A stretch of DNA of 63,706 bases, filler included, from Neolecta irregularis DAH-3 (Eukaryota): assembly GCA_001929475.1 (NCBI GenBank). It is 10 parts of 10 records of this genome, joined end to end, with 100 filler letters (N's around TTAATTAATTAA, not from the genome) between each part and the next. Parts side by side here need not be neighbours in the genome. Positions count along the whole stretch, not along the records: positions 17,387 to 33,390 come from LXFE01000193.1; positions 33,491 to 39,607 come from LXFE01002552.1; 8 more parts are not named here. One strand, given 5' to 3'. This document shows positions 24,430 through 37,078 of the stretch, piece after piece. How positions within the stretch are numbered: the first letter of the stretch is position 1; every line of letters starts with the position of its first letter. A program made the position numbers and the translations under genes. The notes under the pieces were generated by a model that worked only from the letters and a program-made list of their open reading frames with translations, made no database searches and was not told where the DNA came from.

Positions 24430-25312
24430 TACGACCAGAATCTGCGCGACAAGCCGACACCCCCCGCAACCCCATACAATATAAATATATAATAACAGAT
24501 AAAAATAAAGGTTTTTCTCCACCATCATCTCTTCAAAATGGATAACCATGACAAAATGATTCAATCAGCTATTGAAGATCTCAAATCTGGAAGATTTACC
24601 TCTCAAAAAACCGTAGCAGCCACATATGGAATCCCACGGTCTACACTAATTGGGCGATTCCACGGCCAAGCAAATTGTCGAATTAGCCACCAAAATTACC
24701 AGCGATTAGCACCACCACAAGAGGAGTTTCTTGTTCAATGGATAATTGAACAACATAAGCAAGGATAACATTTCTCACATACCAGTATCAGAGAAATAGC
24801 AACAAGAATTTTATTATTTTAGTGATGAATGGAGACAATATTCCCCTTGGAAGTAAATGAGTTTCCAAGTTTATTCAACAAAATCCACAAATATCTTCCT
24901 GTATTGGTAGGCCTATATTTCCACCTTTCTTCAAGGCAGAACTGATTTTCCAAGTATACTCCAGAACAGGTCAATCAAGTAGTTTCTTTAGCTCAGGCAA
25001 ATTTTCTGATGGCGAAGAGAGAGTTAAAAGGCTGATTTGAGCAAATTATGAACAGAAAAAGAACACTGCTGCTCTAATGGGGTGGAAAAGCACTCCATTG
25101 AGAGATAAGTTGGCAGAGTTTTCAGAAGCCAAATTTGAAACAATATTCCATAGAGTGCACTTTATCACCATGTCCCTTTTATCCACCCTGCCAAACTGCC
25201 CAACAGCCCACCAGAACACTCCAGGCAGGTGGTTCAGATCTCTTTGGGGTGGGCGGCTTGGAAATCTGCCCAACAGCCTGTCGGCGGGCGGTAGTTACCT
25301 GTTGCTAGCGTA
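24430..25312 (+). mobile_element. Degenerate, internally deleted pogo/Fot1-type DNA transposon
   Basis: HTH_psq (AATYGIPRSTL) and CENP-B HTH (QRLAPPQEEFLVQWI...IREIA...PLGSK*VSKFIQQNP) with stops and frameshift; no DDE domain. Boundaries approximate. Confidence 0.8.
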
Positions 25313-25369
25313 AAACGCTCACGTGCATGATTGTCAATTATTTCATGATGCTTCTATAACCGCACAGCC

Positions 25370-26154
25370 ATGGTCCGCCACGTTTTCTTTTTCGATCTCG
25401 ACAACACCCTGTACCACCGTTCCCATCGTATCCAAGATCTTATGAGTTCTTTGATTTCCCAATACTTTACTTCCGAGCTCTGCCTTTCCTCCGAGGAAGC
25501 CGAGTCACTGCATATGGAGTATTATCGCAAGTATGGGTTAGCGCTTGAAGGACTCGTACGATTTCACAAAATTGGTCCGCCTGAAGGATGCTAGCCATGC
25601 TGACAGTAGATCCCATGGACTATAATAAGGAGGTAGACGACGCCTTGCCTCTCGAAGAGATCCTTAAACCTGATGACCAACTTCGCTCTTTACTCTCATC
25701 CATTAATAGGCGCCATATTAAGCCCTGGATATTTACAAACGCTTACATCCGGCATGCGGAGAGAGTTTTAAACTTACTCAATGTAGGGGAATACTTTGAA
25801 GGTAGGTATTTGTTGCATTATCGCGAGTTGAGGAAAAGGGATCACTTACTGCGATTACAACTCCGAAATATTGATCTGTAAACCTCATGACAAGATGTTT
25901 CTGCTTGCTATGGAGGAGGCTGGTGTCACAGATCCCTCCCAATGTTACTTCGTGGACGATTCGTATAGTACGCACACCTTTGGGACCGCTCATAACAAAA
26001 AGCTAATTGTATCGCTGCAAAACGCTTAGGATGGAAACATGTTGTATTTCTAGAAGATTCCGAGGTACACAGAGATGAGAGAGATGATGGATTACTTAGG
26101 ATCAGAGAATTGTATGAATTACGCGGATTATTCCCGGAAGTTTTCAGTGTATGA
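25370..26154 (+). CDS. SDT1: Pyrimidine 5'-nucleotidase, HAD superfamily (Sdt1/Phm8-like)
   Basis: FFDLDNTLY, YYRKYGLALEGLV, VDDALPLE, WIFTNAY, CKPH, YFVDDS. Confidence 0.92.
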
Positions 26155-26929
26155 AAGAGGCATTGCATTACCTCAAGACTTATATATGTTCCTTTCTTTG
26201 TACAAGTCTTGTCCTAGCATAATTACGGCGTTGAGGTCCCTACATTCCAAATAAGGAACTCTAGTCTTGTAATAGTGCGACATTCATCTTGGAGCCAAAT
26301 AAGATGGCCAGGATTATAAATAAACTTTGGGACTTTGTGACCTGAAACAAGAATACATATAGGTGCAGGACATAGAGACAGAAAGCTACTTCAGCCTCCT
26401 AGAAGTAACGTTCTGTATTTCTTTCGCTACAGCGTTGGGTGCCTATGATATCACATTCCACTTTTTGAATAACTTGAAATCCTTGATGAGTCTAAAGAAG
26501 AAAGAAGCTGTATAGATTTACTGAAATTGCAGACTAGAGTTCAAGGCCTCGGCTCCGATGGCAAGAATAAGAATGAAGGAAGTAGCGCATTTCATGCTTT
26601 CTAGGAACACGCATTAAACCCATGCGATTTTTCCAGGATTGACAGTGCCGCAACTTTGATTGAAATAAGATTTCCATGGAGATATCTCTGTTCAGTTAAC
26701 CCGCCTTTCAGGTAAGACTCTCAATTCCATTATCCTTGAGTTGAACATACAGGCAGTCGACACCCACAACCTTCTGTTGTCAATAGTCGGAAAGTAGGTT
26801 GCTGGTAATATCTCTTCAGGAAAACTCTATGTTTCACCATTAATGGTGATCCTGAATCCCTATCGCCGTCGAAACTATGTTTCCATCCTTACCTTTCGTC
26901 AAGTATTCAATAACTTCCCGCTGGCAGGA

Positions 26930-28635
26930 ATGCTCTTCCATCCAGCCCTATGGGGTTTCGTTGAGCTGGTCCTTGCGGGCCCGGCTGATATGGTATACGG
27001 CAAACTAAATATCGATGACTGAGAAGATAGCGAAGCAATGGGACTTCAGGAGGTCCCACGGAAGTAAGGTTCTCACTTGATTACGGGTTACCAAGTAGAT
27101 GCCATTCCGAAACAAACGGCAAGAAATTCGGAATTCATTGATTTCCTCGAGAAACTCGATTGCTCCAACCAGTTGCGACAACACGACATCCCTGAACCCG
27201 TCTCCTAATGTAGTATCATTAGCAAAGAACCCGTCCTCAGCTTCGTTTCCTTTCGATTTCTGTTTACTCGATGATGTTTCTGCAACAGATACATCATCGT
27301 CGGCTCCTACAAGGTCATCACAGATTTCCGAATTTGAACCGGAAAGTGATACAGTGCCCATTTGGAGAACCAACAATGAAAATCTGCAGACTCAGTCTGT
27401 ATCAGTCGAAGACACAGATTTACACATGGATATGTCTCCTCAGATCTATGCGACGGCTGGCCAAGATTTAAACCAGCAGCTAGATTCTACTACCCCAATC
27501 TCTTCCAATGAAAGCAACACAGCTGCACCAGTATTTCATCTTCCAATGACCATAATCAAAATAAACGAAATTCCCTCATACGACCACACGCCGATCTCAA
27601 ACCCCCGCACAAACGCTGCGCAAGCATCACTCTCACGTCCGCTATCAGGACCTAGCGTTGTTGCAGGAGAAAATACAATGCCAATAGGGAAAGCAAATGC
27701 CGAGAATGCGTCGATAGGTCCTGTGCTCCCTGGGGGCCTGGATTCTTCAAGCGATGCATCTTCTCAAATTGGTCCCACAACTCAAGACAATCCAATCAAC
27801 GGCCAAGGTACAGACACAAAAACCAATGACTCGCTCTCTGGGATGCAAACCGTATCTCCAGTGAATAACACCAAAACCCTTCCCTCGTCGATAGGACCCT
27901 TTGAATCTGTATAATGTCCATGTTTAAGGTTATAATTTAATTAACGTGGCAGCCTACTATTGAAAACAATAGCAGAGAATCTTGCCCAACTTCGGTAAAA
28001 ATGAAATATACCATGACGATGACTGAAAGCTTCTAGACAACAAACACGAGGTTTTCACTAGATCGTACCTGCGTATACTTTGCATTTTCCTTGCGCATTA
28101 TTAATCTTTACAGCGTGAGACCGCTGCTCTTACTTCACCCAAAGTTCCAGAGCGGGTGTTAGCCTCTCCGGAAATTGAGAATGCCCAAGACCGGGATGCT
28201 CTTTCGAATTTGGCGGTTTATCAAACGTTCCTTCCTCTCTGATTATAGGCGTCCTTTCAATCTTCTGTATCAACCGATTTCCCCTCGAAAACTCCAATCC
28301 TATCGAAAAAGGCCATTGCTGTCTCTGTTTCGCTTGTATTGGCCTGTTTTGGTGCTCTTTCCGGTTTAGTTCTTTTTATTTCTATCCGCCGACCATCACC
28401 TCTTGACCTTGAGAATAATTCCCGGTTCACAATTAGATCTTTCATCGATCGGGGGTCAGTAAATAGTTCAAAGTATACCGGAAGCTCGTTAGCAATGACC
28501 CGGACTTCAGTTGTTCAATCGCAACCGGATATGAGAAGCTGGGCAATTCCGGCGTTGCCCTCGAACCCTGCGCATGTAGGCAGTTATAAAAAGCAGCAGT
28601 CAAGTGCATATCCAGAAATTTTGGAGACTGGGTAG
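26930..28635 (+). CDS. Type I membrane protein with Ser/Thr/Pro-rich (mucin-like) ectodomain
   Basis: Signal-like exon MLFHPALWGFVELVLAG spliced through a short exon to ORF 27099 (KR dibasic site, S/T-rich); late TM AIAVSVSLVLACFGALSGLVLFISI-RR and cytoplasmic tail. Confidence 0.6.
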
Positions 28636-28869
28636 CTGAGTATCGCGGCTATGTTTTATTATTCGGTTCTTAAAGGATATTAATACAAATAGCGGCTCAA
28701 ATGCCAAGAGCAGCAACCCAAAAATTTGAGGAAAATAGATGCAAGGATGGTAGAAAGAAAACAATGTAAATACCATTACCCAATGCAATCCAAATGCGAA
28801 TCCAAGATAATCACCAAACGCAATAAAAATCAAGCGCCACAGTAAGCAGAACTAAAGCAGAAAAGCGGA

Positions 28870-29463
28870 TTATAGCTGTTTAGCTTCTTTCATTAATCCT
28901 AGAACAACATCAATCCGCCCTTTGGATGCAAGTCTTGAGATGTCCCAGTTTACACCGCGGAGAAAAAGGCGTTCCGCCCGGTTGACCGTGGCCACATCGA
29001 ATATTTGGTAGCTAATATACCACCAGGCTTTTGTATTCCAAACCTGGAATTAGAGGATTCGTTTGAGAAATTACGTCGTCTGAGAGAAATTTGTTTGCAA
29101 TCACGAGGGATGTGAGAATCAATAATTCGCTTCTGGATTTTTGGAGGATTGTCAGGTATTCAGATGTTGGTAGACGTGTCAACAGGAGGACTGCCAATGC
29201 AAATACTTCAGGGGAAAGTCGAGTGTTGTACAATATTGTTATGATAAGCTGTTTCGAAGGGCAGGAATCAGGAAGATGAGATAATAAAATTGAATGAAAT
29301 AGGAATGTCGGTCCTTTGATATCAGCTATGCAAAATTCGAGGACAGACCAATAAGAGGATAAAGCCTAGGATCGGGATAAGTCGCCTTAAGCACCGCCGT
29401 TTTCAGGGACAGTGAGTCTGACAGGCTTGACAGGGCAAGAACAGTAGTCGTCGTTGTTGTCAT
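28870..29463 (-). CDS. Pho85-type (Pcl/Clg1-like) cyclin, 3 exons
   Basis: SLVIANKFLSDD-VWNTKAW...VNRAERLFLRGVNWDI cyclin-box pattern after splicing. Confidence 0.8.
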
Positions 29464-30861
29464 ACCGGCGATCAAAAGAACGTGGGGGATTTAAAAGATA
29501 GGAAAGTTGGACTGGACAAGGGAATGTCTGGAAAGCCCGGCCGAGAAGGAGTGTGCTGGAAGAAACTCGATGCGTCGCCGTGGGACTGATATTACCGCCC
29601 ACCAAGATATTCCCCAAATCAGATAGAAGTTCTTGATAGATTGGCTTATTTGCTGTTTGCCGTATTCATCCTTTGGTAAAGGTCTGGGTGGAAGGAAGTC
29701 CAGAGTTTGGGCTATTCCAGAAAGAAGGGAAGCCGTCTACGTGGGGCTCGGATTGGCGCATAAACTCCGCAATCTGATGTTTCACACACGTCTTAGCAAA
29801 CGGTGGTTGACTTTTCTTTTAGAAATGTGTTTAGGGAAACCCTCGAGTTACCACCTTATAACATACGTTCTCTGGCTTGATGTGCTTTTAACGTAATATC
29901 TACCTCTTGAGAGCTATCAAGCTCTCTTGTCAATTGCGGCACTCTTTTCCTCCCTTCTGAAATTGAATTGCTCTAATAGTCTCCTTCCATATGAATGCCT
30001 AAAATCGTAAAAGCAGTCAGAGGGCTCTAAATAACAAAGGTATTTCAAAATTGCATGACATTCCTTGTTCTTTATGAGTATTTCCAGGCTAGCTACATAA
30101 GAAAAGATTTAGGTGGGGCTGGGGGAAGAAATCGTTAGCTTCGTCAATGCCAGATGTCCCTGATCCGGCACAAGTCTGTGGCCCTGTCAAATTCATCTGC
30201 TAGTAATGAGGAGAAATAATAGTGATGGAAGAAATGGCAAAATAGAATCAATTTTTGTATTGAGTTTGTTGGCAGACCATTAGTTTCGCCTTGAAATTCC
30301 GATCCCAATAGTGCTTTTTTCGTTTGAATCCGTTGGTTGGTTGTTCAACTGTGAATTGATTGCCATTTGCTCTAAGTTATGCTCGCAAGATTTGTTACTT
30401 ATCACGTGACCCGGTGGTCAGTATGATTCGACTTGAACATTGGGAGTATGTGCAGAATACTTCACCAATGAAAGAAATGACCAGATAGAAATCATTTTAC
30501 ATTAGCATTTTTGGTTATTTAGTGAATTTGGTATTGCACCTATATAAATTGTCAGTCAAATCGACCCGCCCCGCCGGAGATTGGTTGACCCGCCCGCATT
30601 GATGACGCGCGATCCGTATCGGATGCTGCAAATGGGCATTTAGGGCTCGATGCAGTAAGGCAAGGAATGGAATGTAGTATAACGTAGATGATCATTAAAT
30701 AGGCTCTTTCATGCAGTCTAGTGTCTAAATAATCTTTTCCTGACAGGTGCAAGTTAAACAAACATACTCGGAAATCTCAACCGAGCTCATCAAGGCCTGG
30801 AACACTGAAATACCATATTGTTCCTAGAATCCCGTGATAAGATCGCGCAGCTCGCTTTTTA

Positions 30862-32743
30862 TTACTGGGTGCTTTGCAGATCATTGTATTGTTCGTCAGG
30901 CTGTGCATCTGCTACGGTCAATTCAGGCATCATGGCAACCTCCACATCCCGCATCCCCTTCTCGCCTGCCCCACCGTAGGATCGACTATTCTCAATATAT
31001 CCAAGAAAGTCCAATTGAGTGAACAAATCATAAAACCCAGGGACCTCTTGTGGCTTTCCTCCAAGTTGGATCCATCTTTCTAGAAGGCCCGATTCGTAGT
31101 CTAGGGAAACCATCTCTTGCAGCGCAATATTAGCTCGCGCGTCCCGATGGGCAACACATTTTTTGATGATCCCAGCGTAGACCGAACGACTTGGTGTAAA
31201 TCCCGCCGCTTTCTCCATCTCGAGGTATTGAAAGACATCTTCGTAGTCATCCAATGTACAAATGACTTGAATCATTTTTTCAAAGCTTTCTTGATTTGGA
31301 AGAACATGTGCTTCAGTCATTTCATTCCATATAAATCTAGCAAATTCACCATGACGATGGTTTTTTGCACCGCCTAAAAGGGCGTTATATGTCTCGACAT
31401 TGGGTTTCAATGAAAAGAATTCCGCTTCTTTGTATATCGTCACTGCCTTTTCGAGATCTTGATGGAATATCGCTAAATTTATCACCGTATTGAAAGCTAC
31501 AATATCGACTTGTTTTGATTCCTCGAATATATCTTTCAATGTAAAAAATGCACGGTCGACATTTTCTGGATCAACAATCAGGGATTTGAAGATTGGATAG
31601 GCCGTGGCTGCTGACGGGGGAGTGAGGGTGTTTCCTTGTCGAATGATATGAAGCAGGATGAATGCGGTCCGGGTGTCTCCCGCTCGAGCGTACGATTCCA
31701 GAAGAGGTGCATAATGGTGTTCTTGAAATTCAATGCCTTGCATGGAAATTGCCTTCATTACTGAGGTAGCGAGTTTTGGAACGGCATAGCGGCCAGCAAC
31801 ATGTAGCACGGAAATCGCTAATCCTTCGCTCGGAAGGATATTTCCCGATTCGAAGGTCTTCGACCAGGCAATATTCACTCCCTCGTACTAAATTTCTCAT
31901 CAATTCAGGGGACAAAAAGAATCATCGTACGAAATAAGAAACTGCTGAGGCTTTCAGTAATCCAAACCAAGTCTCAATAGTCACCTCCCGGGAATCCTCC
32001 ATCATCATTCGAATCAAGTATAACGCAGTCTCCGCTTCATTGATCTCACAAAGCTTAGAAATCGCGAATAGATAAGTTTGATCCGATAGATGACAATCCG
32101 CTTCTTCAAGTAGTGAAAGACCGACTTCAGTTTGCTGCGATTCAAAGGCATGTATAATTCGCCAATGCCAGATAGCTGCAGATGCCTTTATATTATTCCG
32201 TTTCATGTAATTCAAGACAATGTCGATTTCAACTCCTGTCTTGCTTTTCGATGACAACTGTGATTTTCAATACAATAAAGATTTTGAAGATGTAACCTTG
32301 ATGACAAGTTCGCAGATATCCAGTATGGGCGGGATGTTCCGTTCGATCATTTCAGAGAAAAGTGCCATAGCTTCATCGCAAAGCCTGTAGTCCGACATTG
32401 ACATAGCTCTGAACACCGCCGCATATATATTTAAATCGGGAGGAGTCTTTGTCTGAACATATAGTGCTGCTTGGTCGAAAATAAGGCCACGGTACCTCCG
32501 CTGACATGATAACTCATTAATCTTCCATGTTGGTAAAAGTGTCGTCGAATACTCTTCTAGACGGGACGATTGCGGTACTCTCGCGCTTTGTCCTTGAACT
32601 TGGTCTCGTGATATGGATGAATGGATCTGTGATGATACCGTTCTTACAAGCAGGTCTTTTGTACAGGGAGGATAAACAGACATGACTGTTGGTCTATGAT
32701 TTGGAGCGAATAAGAATCTGCATTTAGATATTCGCGGGAGCAT
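30862..32743 (-). CDS. Pentatricopeptide repeat protein, probably mitochondrial, 3 exons
   Basis: 35-aa repeats (HYAPLLESYARAGD, AFNTVINLA, PNVETYNALLGGA, PNQESFEKMIQ); Arg-rich N-terminus. Confidence 0.88.
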
Positions 32744-32925
32744 TGGGCGCAACTATTCAACGGAAAAGTTTTCAAAGTGTTTTGTCCCACCTATGGAATC
32801 CATAACCCTTTATCGTCCCGCCCTCTCACCCGTTATCGCCTGCCCTCCTCGCCAACTATCGCCTGCCCTCCTCGCCCGTTACTGCCCCGCCTTCTCGCCC
32901 GTTACTTCCCGCCCTCCTCGTCTCA

Positions 32926-33390
32926 ATGGGTGATCGAGATCGGCACAAGCTCCAACAAGCAATTAAAGGCCTCCCCTTTTTCGTCACCCATCTACAAGAG
33001 CAAGGTCGACGAAAAGGTTTGACTATCAAGCGGTTGATGAAGACAAGTTCAATTGCCACAACATTTCCGATGGAAAAGGACGGCGAGACAAAACCATTAG
33101 CATACAACGCTATATGAAGATGGCATATAACAAAGATATGATATCCACAGCTTTTCTGTTCGTTCTACCATCGTTCAGAGTACCAAATCAGATATTTTTC
33201 CTCTTGAGTTCTGCATCGTGCATCCCGTATAATTCTTGGATGTGAAGACTCTAAGCTTAGGGTCAACGCTACACTGGAGTTCTTGCCCAGGATATCACAA
33301 GCACTTTAATTCAAGTAGCGGCAGTGAGGCCTAATGATCGAAAAGCCCAGATTTCTAGAAATGTCGACTCACTCGATTGGTCTAGAGACT
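32926..33390 (+). pseudogene. Argonaute fragment (end of L1, PAZ, L2) with frameshifts; runs into gap
   Basis: DRHKLQQAIKGLPFFVTH...TTFP / ISIQRYMKMAYN / IFPLEFCIVHP-(intron)-GQRYTGVL...TSTLIQVAAVRPNDRKAQI...LDW, collinear with Argonaute PAZ-L2. Confidence 0.8.
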
Positions 33391-33494
33391 NNNNNNNNNN
33401 NNNNNNNNNNNNNNNNNNNNNNNNNNNNNNNNNNTTAATTAATTAANNNNNNNNNNNNNNNNNNNNNNNNNNNNNNNNNNNNNNNNNNNNACAT

Positions 33495-33710
33495 GATTTG
33501 GATAAACCAAAATAAAGCATTCTTGGATTTTTGCTTGGATAGATGGAGCATTATCGGCCAAGTCTTTCATACATACAGGCAGCTCCAAGCTACTTATAGG
33601 GCAATAGAAACAGCCACGTCAGTTGTAAAGACTAGACACTGACCAAGAAAAGAAAATCTTCAAATATCCTACAACATATTACTTGAATTATTTTCGTGCC
33701 ACAAGCCTAA
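33495..33710. repeat. Dispersed AT-rich repeat family; other copies about 38655-38835 (+), 39075-39135 (-), 24285-24350 (-)
   Basis: Shared core ttgcttggat(a/g)gat(g/a)gagcattatc and downstream agaaacagccac / gaccaagaaa blocks. Confidence 0.7.
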
Positions 33711-33829
33711 TACCAAGAAAAAAACGGAACGGTTTTCTACGCCGCATCTCGCTTTGTGTCCCATCCGTATATCACCTGCCCGCGTAGATCCGCGTTGTTC
33801 CTCTTCAGACCTCCAGGTCTTATTCCAAT

Positions 33830-34414
33830 ATGCCAAATGAATCATTATCTCAACAATTATCTGCAGAAATACACGAAGAGGCCCAGGACATAGCGTGCGG
33901 AAGGGTCGATTCACTTGAGACCAATGCCCGATATTTAGCTTATTTTTCTCGCCTAAAAACCGCACTCGTAACGTCTTCGAGATATGTAGCATATAGTAGC
34001 GATATTGGCGAAGCCTTTCGTCCCGTCGTATCGCCCTACATCGTCAAAGGAGCTTATGGTCTATCCTGGTTATACGTTGGCGGAGATATTGCATACGAAG
34101 GATACAAGGCAAATTTACAAAACAAGCCTCTTCTTCCAGCGATGGTTGAACGCGGGGTTTTTCAAGTCTTAGCCAGTATGGCTCTACCGGCATTCACTAT
34201 CCATACCGCCGTGAAATATTCTACTTTATACGTTTTCAACAATGTCAAAAATGCAAAGGCGAAGACTTGGGGTCCGACTGTGGTGGGCCTTGGTATCGTA
34301 CCGATTTTACCATTTTTGTTCGATGAGCCTGTCGAAAAAGCTCTACATTTTGCGAACACTAAGTTGGAAAAGGAATTTGGAATTAATGTCGGAAAAGGAC
34401 ACAAGGAGTTGTAG
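33830..34414 (+). CDS. Mitochondrial fission process protein 1 (MTFP1/MTP18 family)
   Basis: RYVAYSSDIGEAFRPV, FQVLASMALPAFTIH, WGPTVVGLGIVPILPFLFDEPVE. Confidence 0.92.
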   Translation: MPNESLSQQLSAEIHEEAQDIACGRVDSLETNARYLAYFSRLKTALVTSSRYVAYSSDIGEAFRPVVSPYIVKGAYGLSWLYVGGDIAYEGYKANLQNKPLLPAMVERGVFQVLASMALPAFTIHTAVKYSTLYVFNNVKNAKAKTWGPTVVGLGIVPILPFLFDEPVEKALHFANTKLEKEFGINVGKGHKEL

Positions 34415-35028
34415 ATCTCATTCAGTTTTGGCTATCATCACGTCTCCTCTTCGGAACATCAGTCTTCCCTAATACATTAGATCTCTTTTCAAAGTTCTGT
34501 GAGTCGTATTAATTCAGTTTATCTACCAACTATATTCTTGCACAGTTGAGATTAGTCAGATTACAATATTTGAATCTTGATAAATCATGTTTGTCGAGAA
34601 AGCAAATTAATCCCTTGATCGAGCCTGGGTCTTTAGGCTTTGTAGTGGACAGAGACTATAAGCTTAACGCCGGAAGCTACAAATAATACCAGGTTTTATT
34701 TCTAGCCTAAGTGTTGTAACTCAGGCTAGATATAACTATTTACTCCGCTTCTTATTCCACAAACGCCTGATTACTGTATTGGTAAGGTATACCGATTGGG
34801 TATATCCTTACAGTTTAACTTTTTTGGTCTGAGTGTAGTCTTTACAATTGATGTAGCCATTTTTTGAGTGATGTGGCTATTAGATGATAGCTATTGTGTC
34901 CAAGATGGTTCTTTTCTAAATATACCGAGACTAAAGATTTAGCTCTCCCATTCACTCGATCCCTACTCTCTTGTTCTTCTTTCAAAAGGACCCCTTTTCG
35001 CTGTTATGCAACTCCAACTTCATCAACC

Positions 35029-36227
35029 ATGAAGTTCATCTGCACGATTACGATATTCTTGGTTGTTGCTTCCGCCAAGATCTTGGGTTTCAATCTCGGT
35101 CAGGGTAAACCAGACGGAAGCTGCAAGACGTTAGAAGATTACGTGACGGATTTCAATGCTATAGACGAACAGTACAGGGTATATTCAACGACTTTTCACT
35201 TTTCTTCTGAGATTATGTCGTTTTCCAATAATCCCAATAATCGGAATTCTCTTAGACATAATTTCCCTCAGATTCTGCTAATTTCCTCAACATCATTAAA
35301 TTTTCTCTTACTACTTATTCTCTATCGGCGAGGGTACTTATTCTTTAGGTTATAAAGTCGTTTGGGATATTTGATCCTTGTCAGGGCAACAGCTTGTCTT
35401 TACTACTCGACGCTGCAAAGAAAACCAAAGGAAAGGTTTTGGTCGGAGTATGGGGAGATACCTCAATTTTCGATAAGGAGAAGACTGCATTAATGGACAT
35501 TCTTGGTCAGCCCGGTGTGGAAGATCATATTGTCGGTGTTGTTGTTTGTTCAGAGTGCTTGTATAGAACTCAATTCAAAGGCGATAATGAAATCACCCCC
35601 GCGGTGCTTGCTGTATGAATGATTTGGACTGCGTTCTGATTTTTTAGGCCAGAATTTCAGAAGTGAAAAACATGGTAAAGAATTTCCAATCTAAGGGCAT
35701 CTCAAATATACCGGTCGGCTGTGCAGATACAGTATGTCTTACACAAGTTCGCGAGGTTTTAAAATATTGTAGTGGAACGTCCTCGTAGACCCTCAAAACG
35801 TTGCCGTTCTCAAAGTAGTGGACACGATCTTTGTTAATTGTTTCCCTTGTATGTGTCCTCATTCACATTTTCTAATTTCGCAGATTGGGAAGGGCTTGGC
35901 ATTGGAAGTGCACCTGCCACCTTCTTTGATGCTATAGAACAAGTCAAAAATAGCCTACACGCAGTCAATCCATCTGCTAGCATTGCTGTGGGAGAAACTG
36001 GTTGGCCAACTGAAGGAAAACCGTTTGGTTCCAGTGTTCCCAGTCTAGAAAATTCCCGTGCATTTTGGGTCAATGTCTTTTGTAAGCTTCGTGGGATGGG
36101 GATGGATGCATATTGGTTTGAAGCTTTTGATGAACCAATGAAGGTGAATACTCAGAATATGGGCGTCGAGTCACATTGGGGTACCTACGATACCGATGGA
36201 AAGAAGAAGTTTGAATTGACTTGCTAA
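35029..36227 (+). CDS. GH17 beta-1,3-glucanase/glucanosyltransferase (Bgl2-like), copy 1
   Basis: Signal peptide, GFNLG..KPDGSCK, SECLYR (acid/base Glu), VGETGWPT (nucleophile), FEAFDEP, ESHWG. Confidence 0.9.
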
Positions 36228-37078
36228 ATTAGAAAATACGAAACTACATATTATAATTATTTACGCTTTAGGGATCGGGGTAGCCTGTATGCGACAAATA
36301 CAGGCCCTCTTTTTATCTTCTTATTCTTACGAATATCCTGAGAGATGTGAATTACACTGCTTTTCCGTCTGTGAGGACCTAAAGTGGTAAATATAACGGC
36401 ATATTATTTGCCGGTAGCGACCGCCAAACTCGCCTCTACAACGTGTGTGACAGCAACTACAATCTCGGCCAAGGAGTTCTAGCGCCTCCTCGGGCGCTAT
36501 CCAGATCAAGTGCTCTAAAGGCCAAATAACGCAAGCCCACCATATTTAGCTACCTCAGTAACTGTGGCGAAATTTCCCGCAGTCGAAAATTTATAGGATC
36601 AAATATATAGCATGCCTAACTATTTCACGGGGAATGCCCCTGCGTTTATGCCTTGTGGATAAATCATTTGCAAGTGTCTAACCCGAAGAAGACGCCTTAA
36701 TTCCATTCCAAGGATACCTTTGTAGATGCCTCTCTAGTCATGTGCCCTATTTCTAACAATTAAACTACGAATTCTGAGCCGTCTTTCCATATCAAATGTC
36801 ACTCAGAGCAGACAAAAAGAGTTCAGCGCTAACAGCCCTTTGAACAAAGGGATAGAGAATGGCGTCGTCATACAGGATGGAATAGAAGGTTTGGATTGCA
36901 GAATGTTGTCTTGCGATTTGTCTTAAACAGCAGACTATTTTAGCGAGGTCTAAAAATACAAACACATCTCCTCGGATCCTCGAGCATCCTCGGATCTGAG
37001 GATCTGAGACAACACGTGCCACCTCTCAGTCCTCTATTTAAAATCGTTCTTTGGCACTTCATTTCGATACCATCAACT

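Noticed and set aside
17991-26154. Possible metabolic gene cluster (P450, HAD hydrolase, transposon)
   Set aside because: Ordinary unrelated housekeeping genes with no backbone enzyme.
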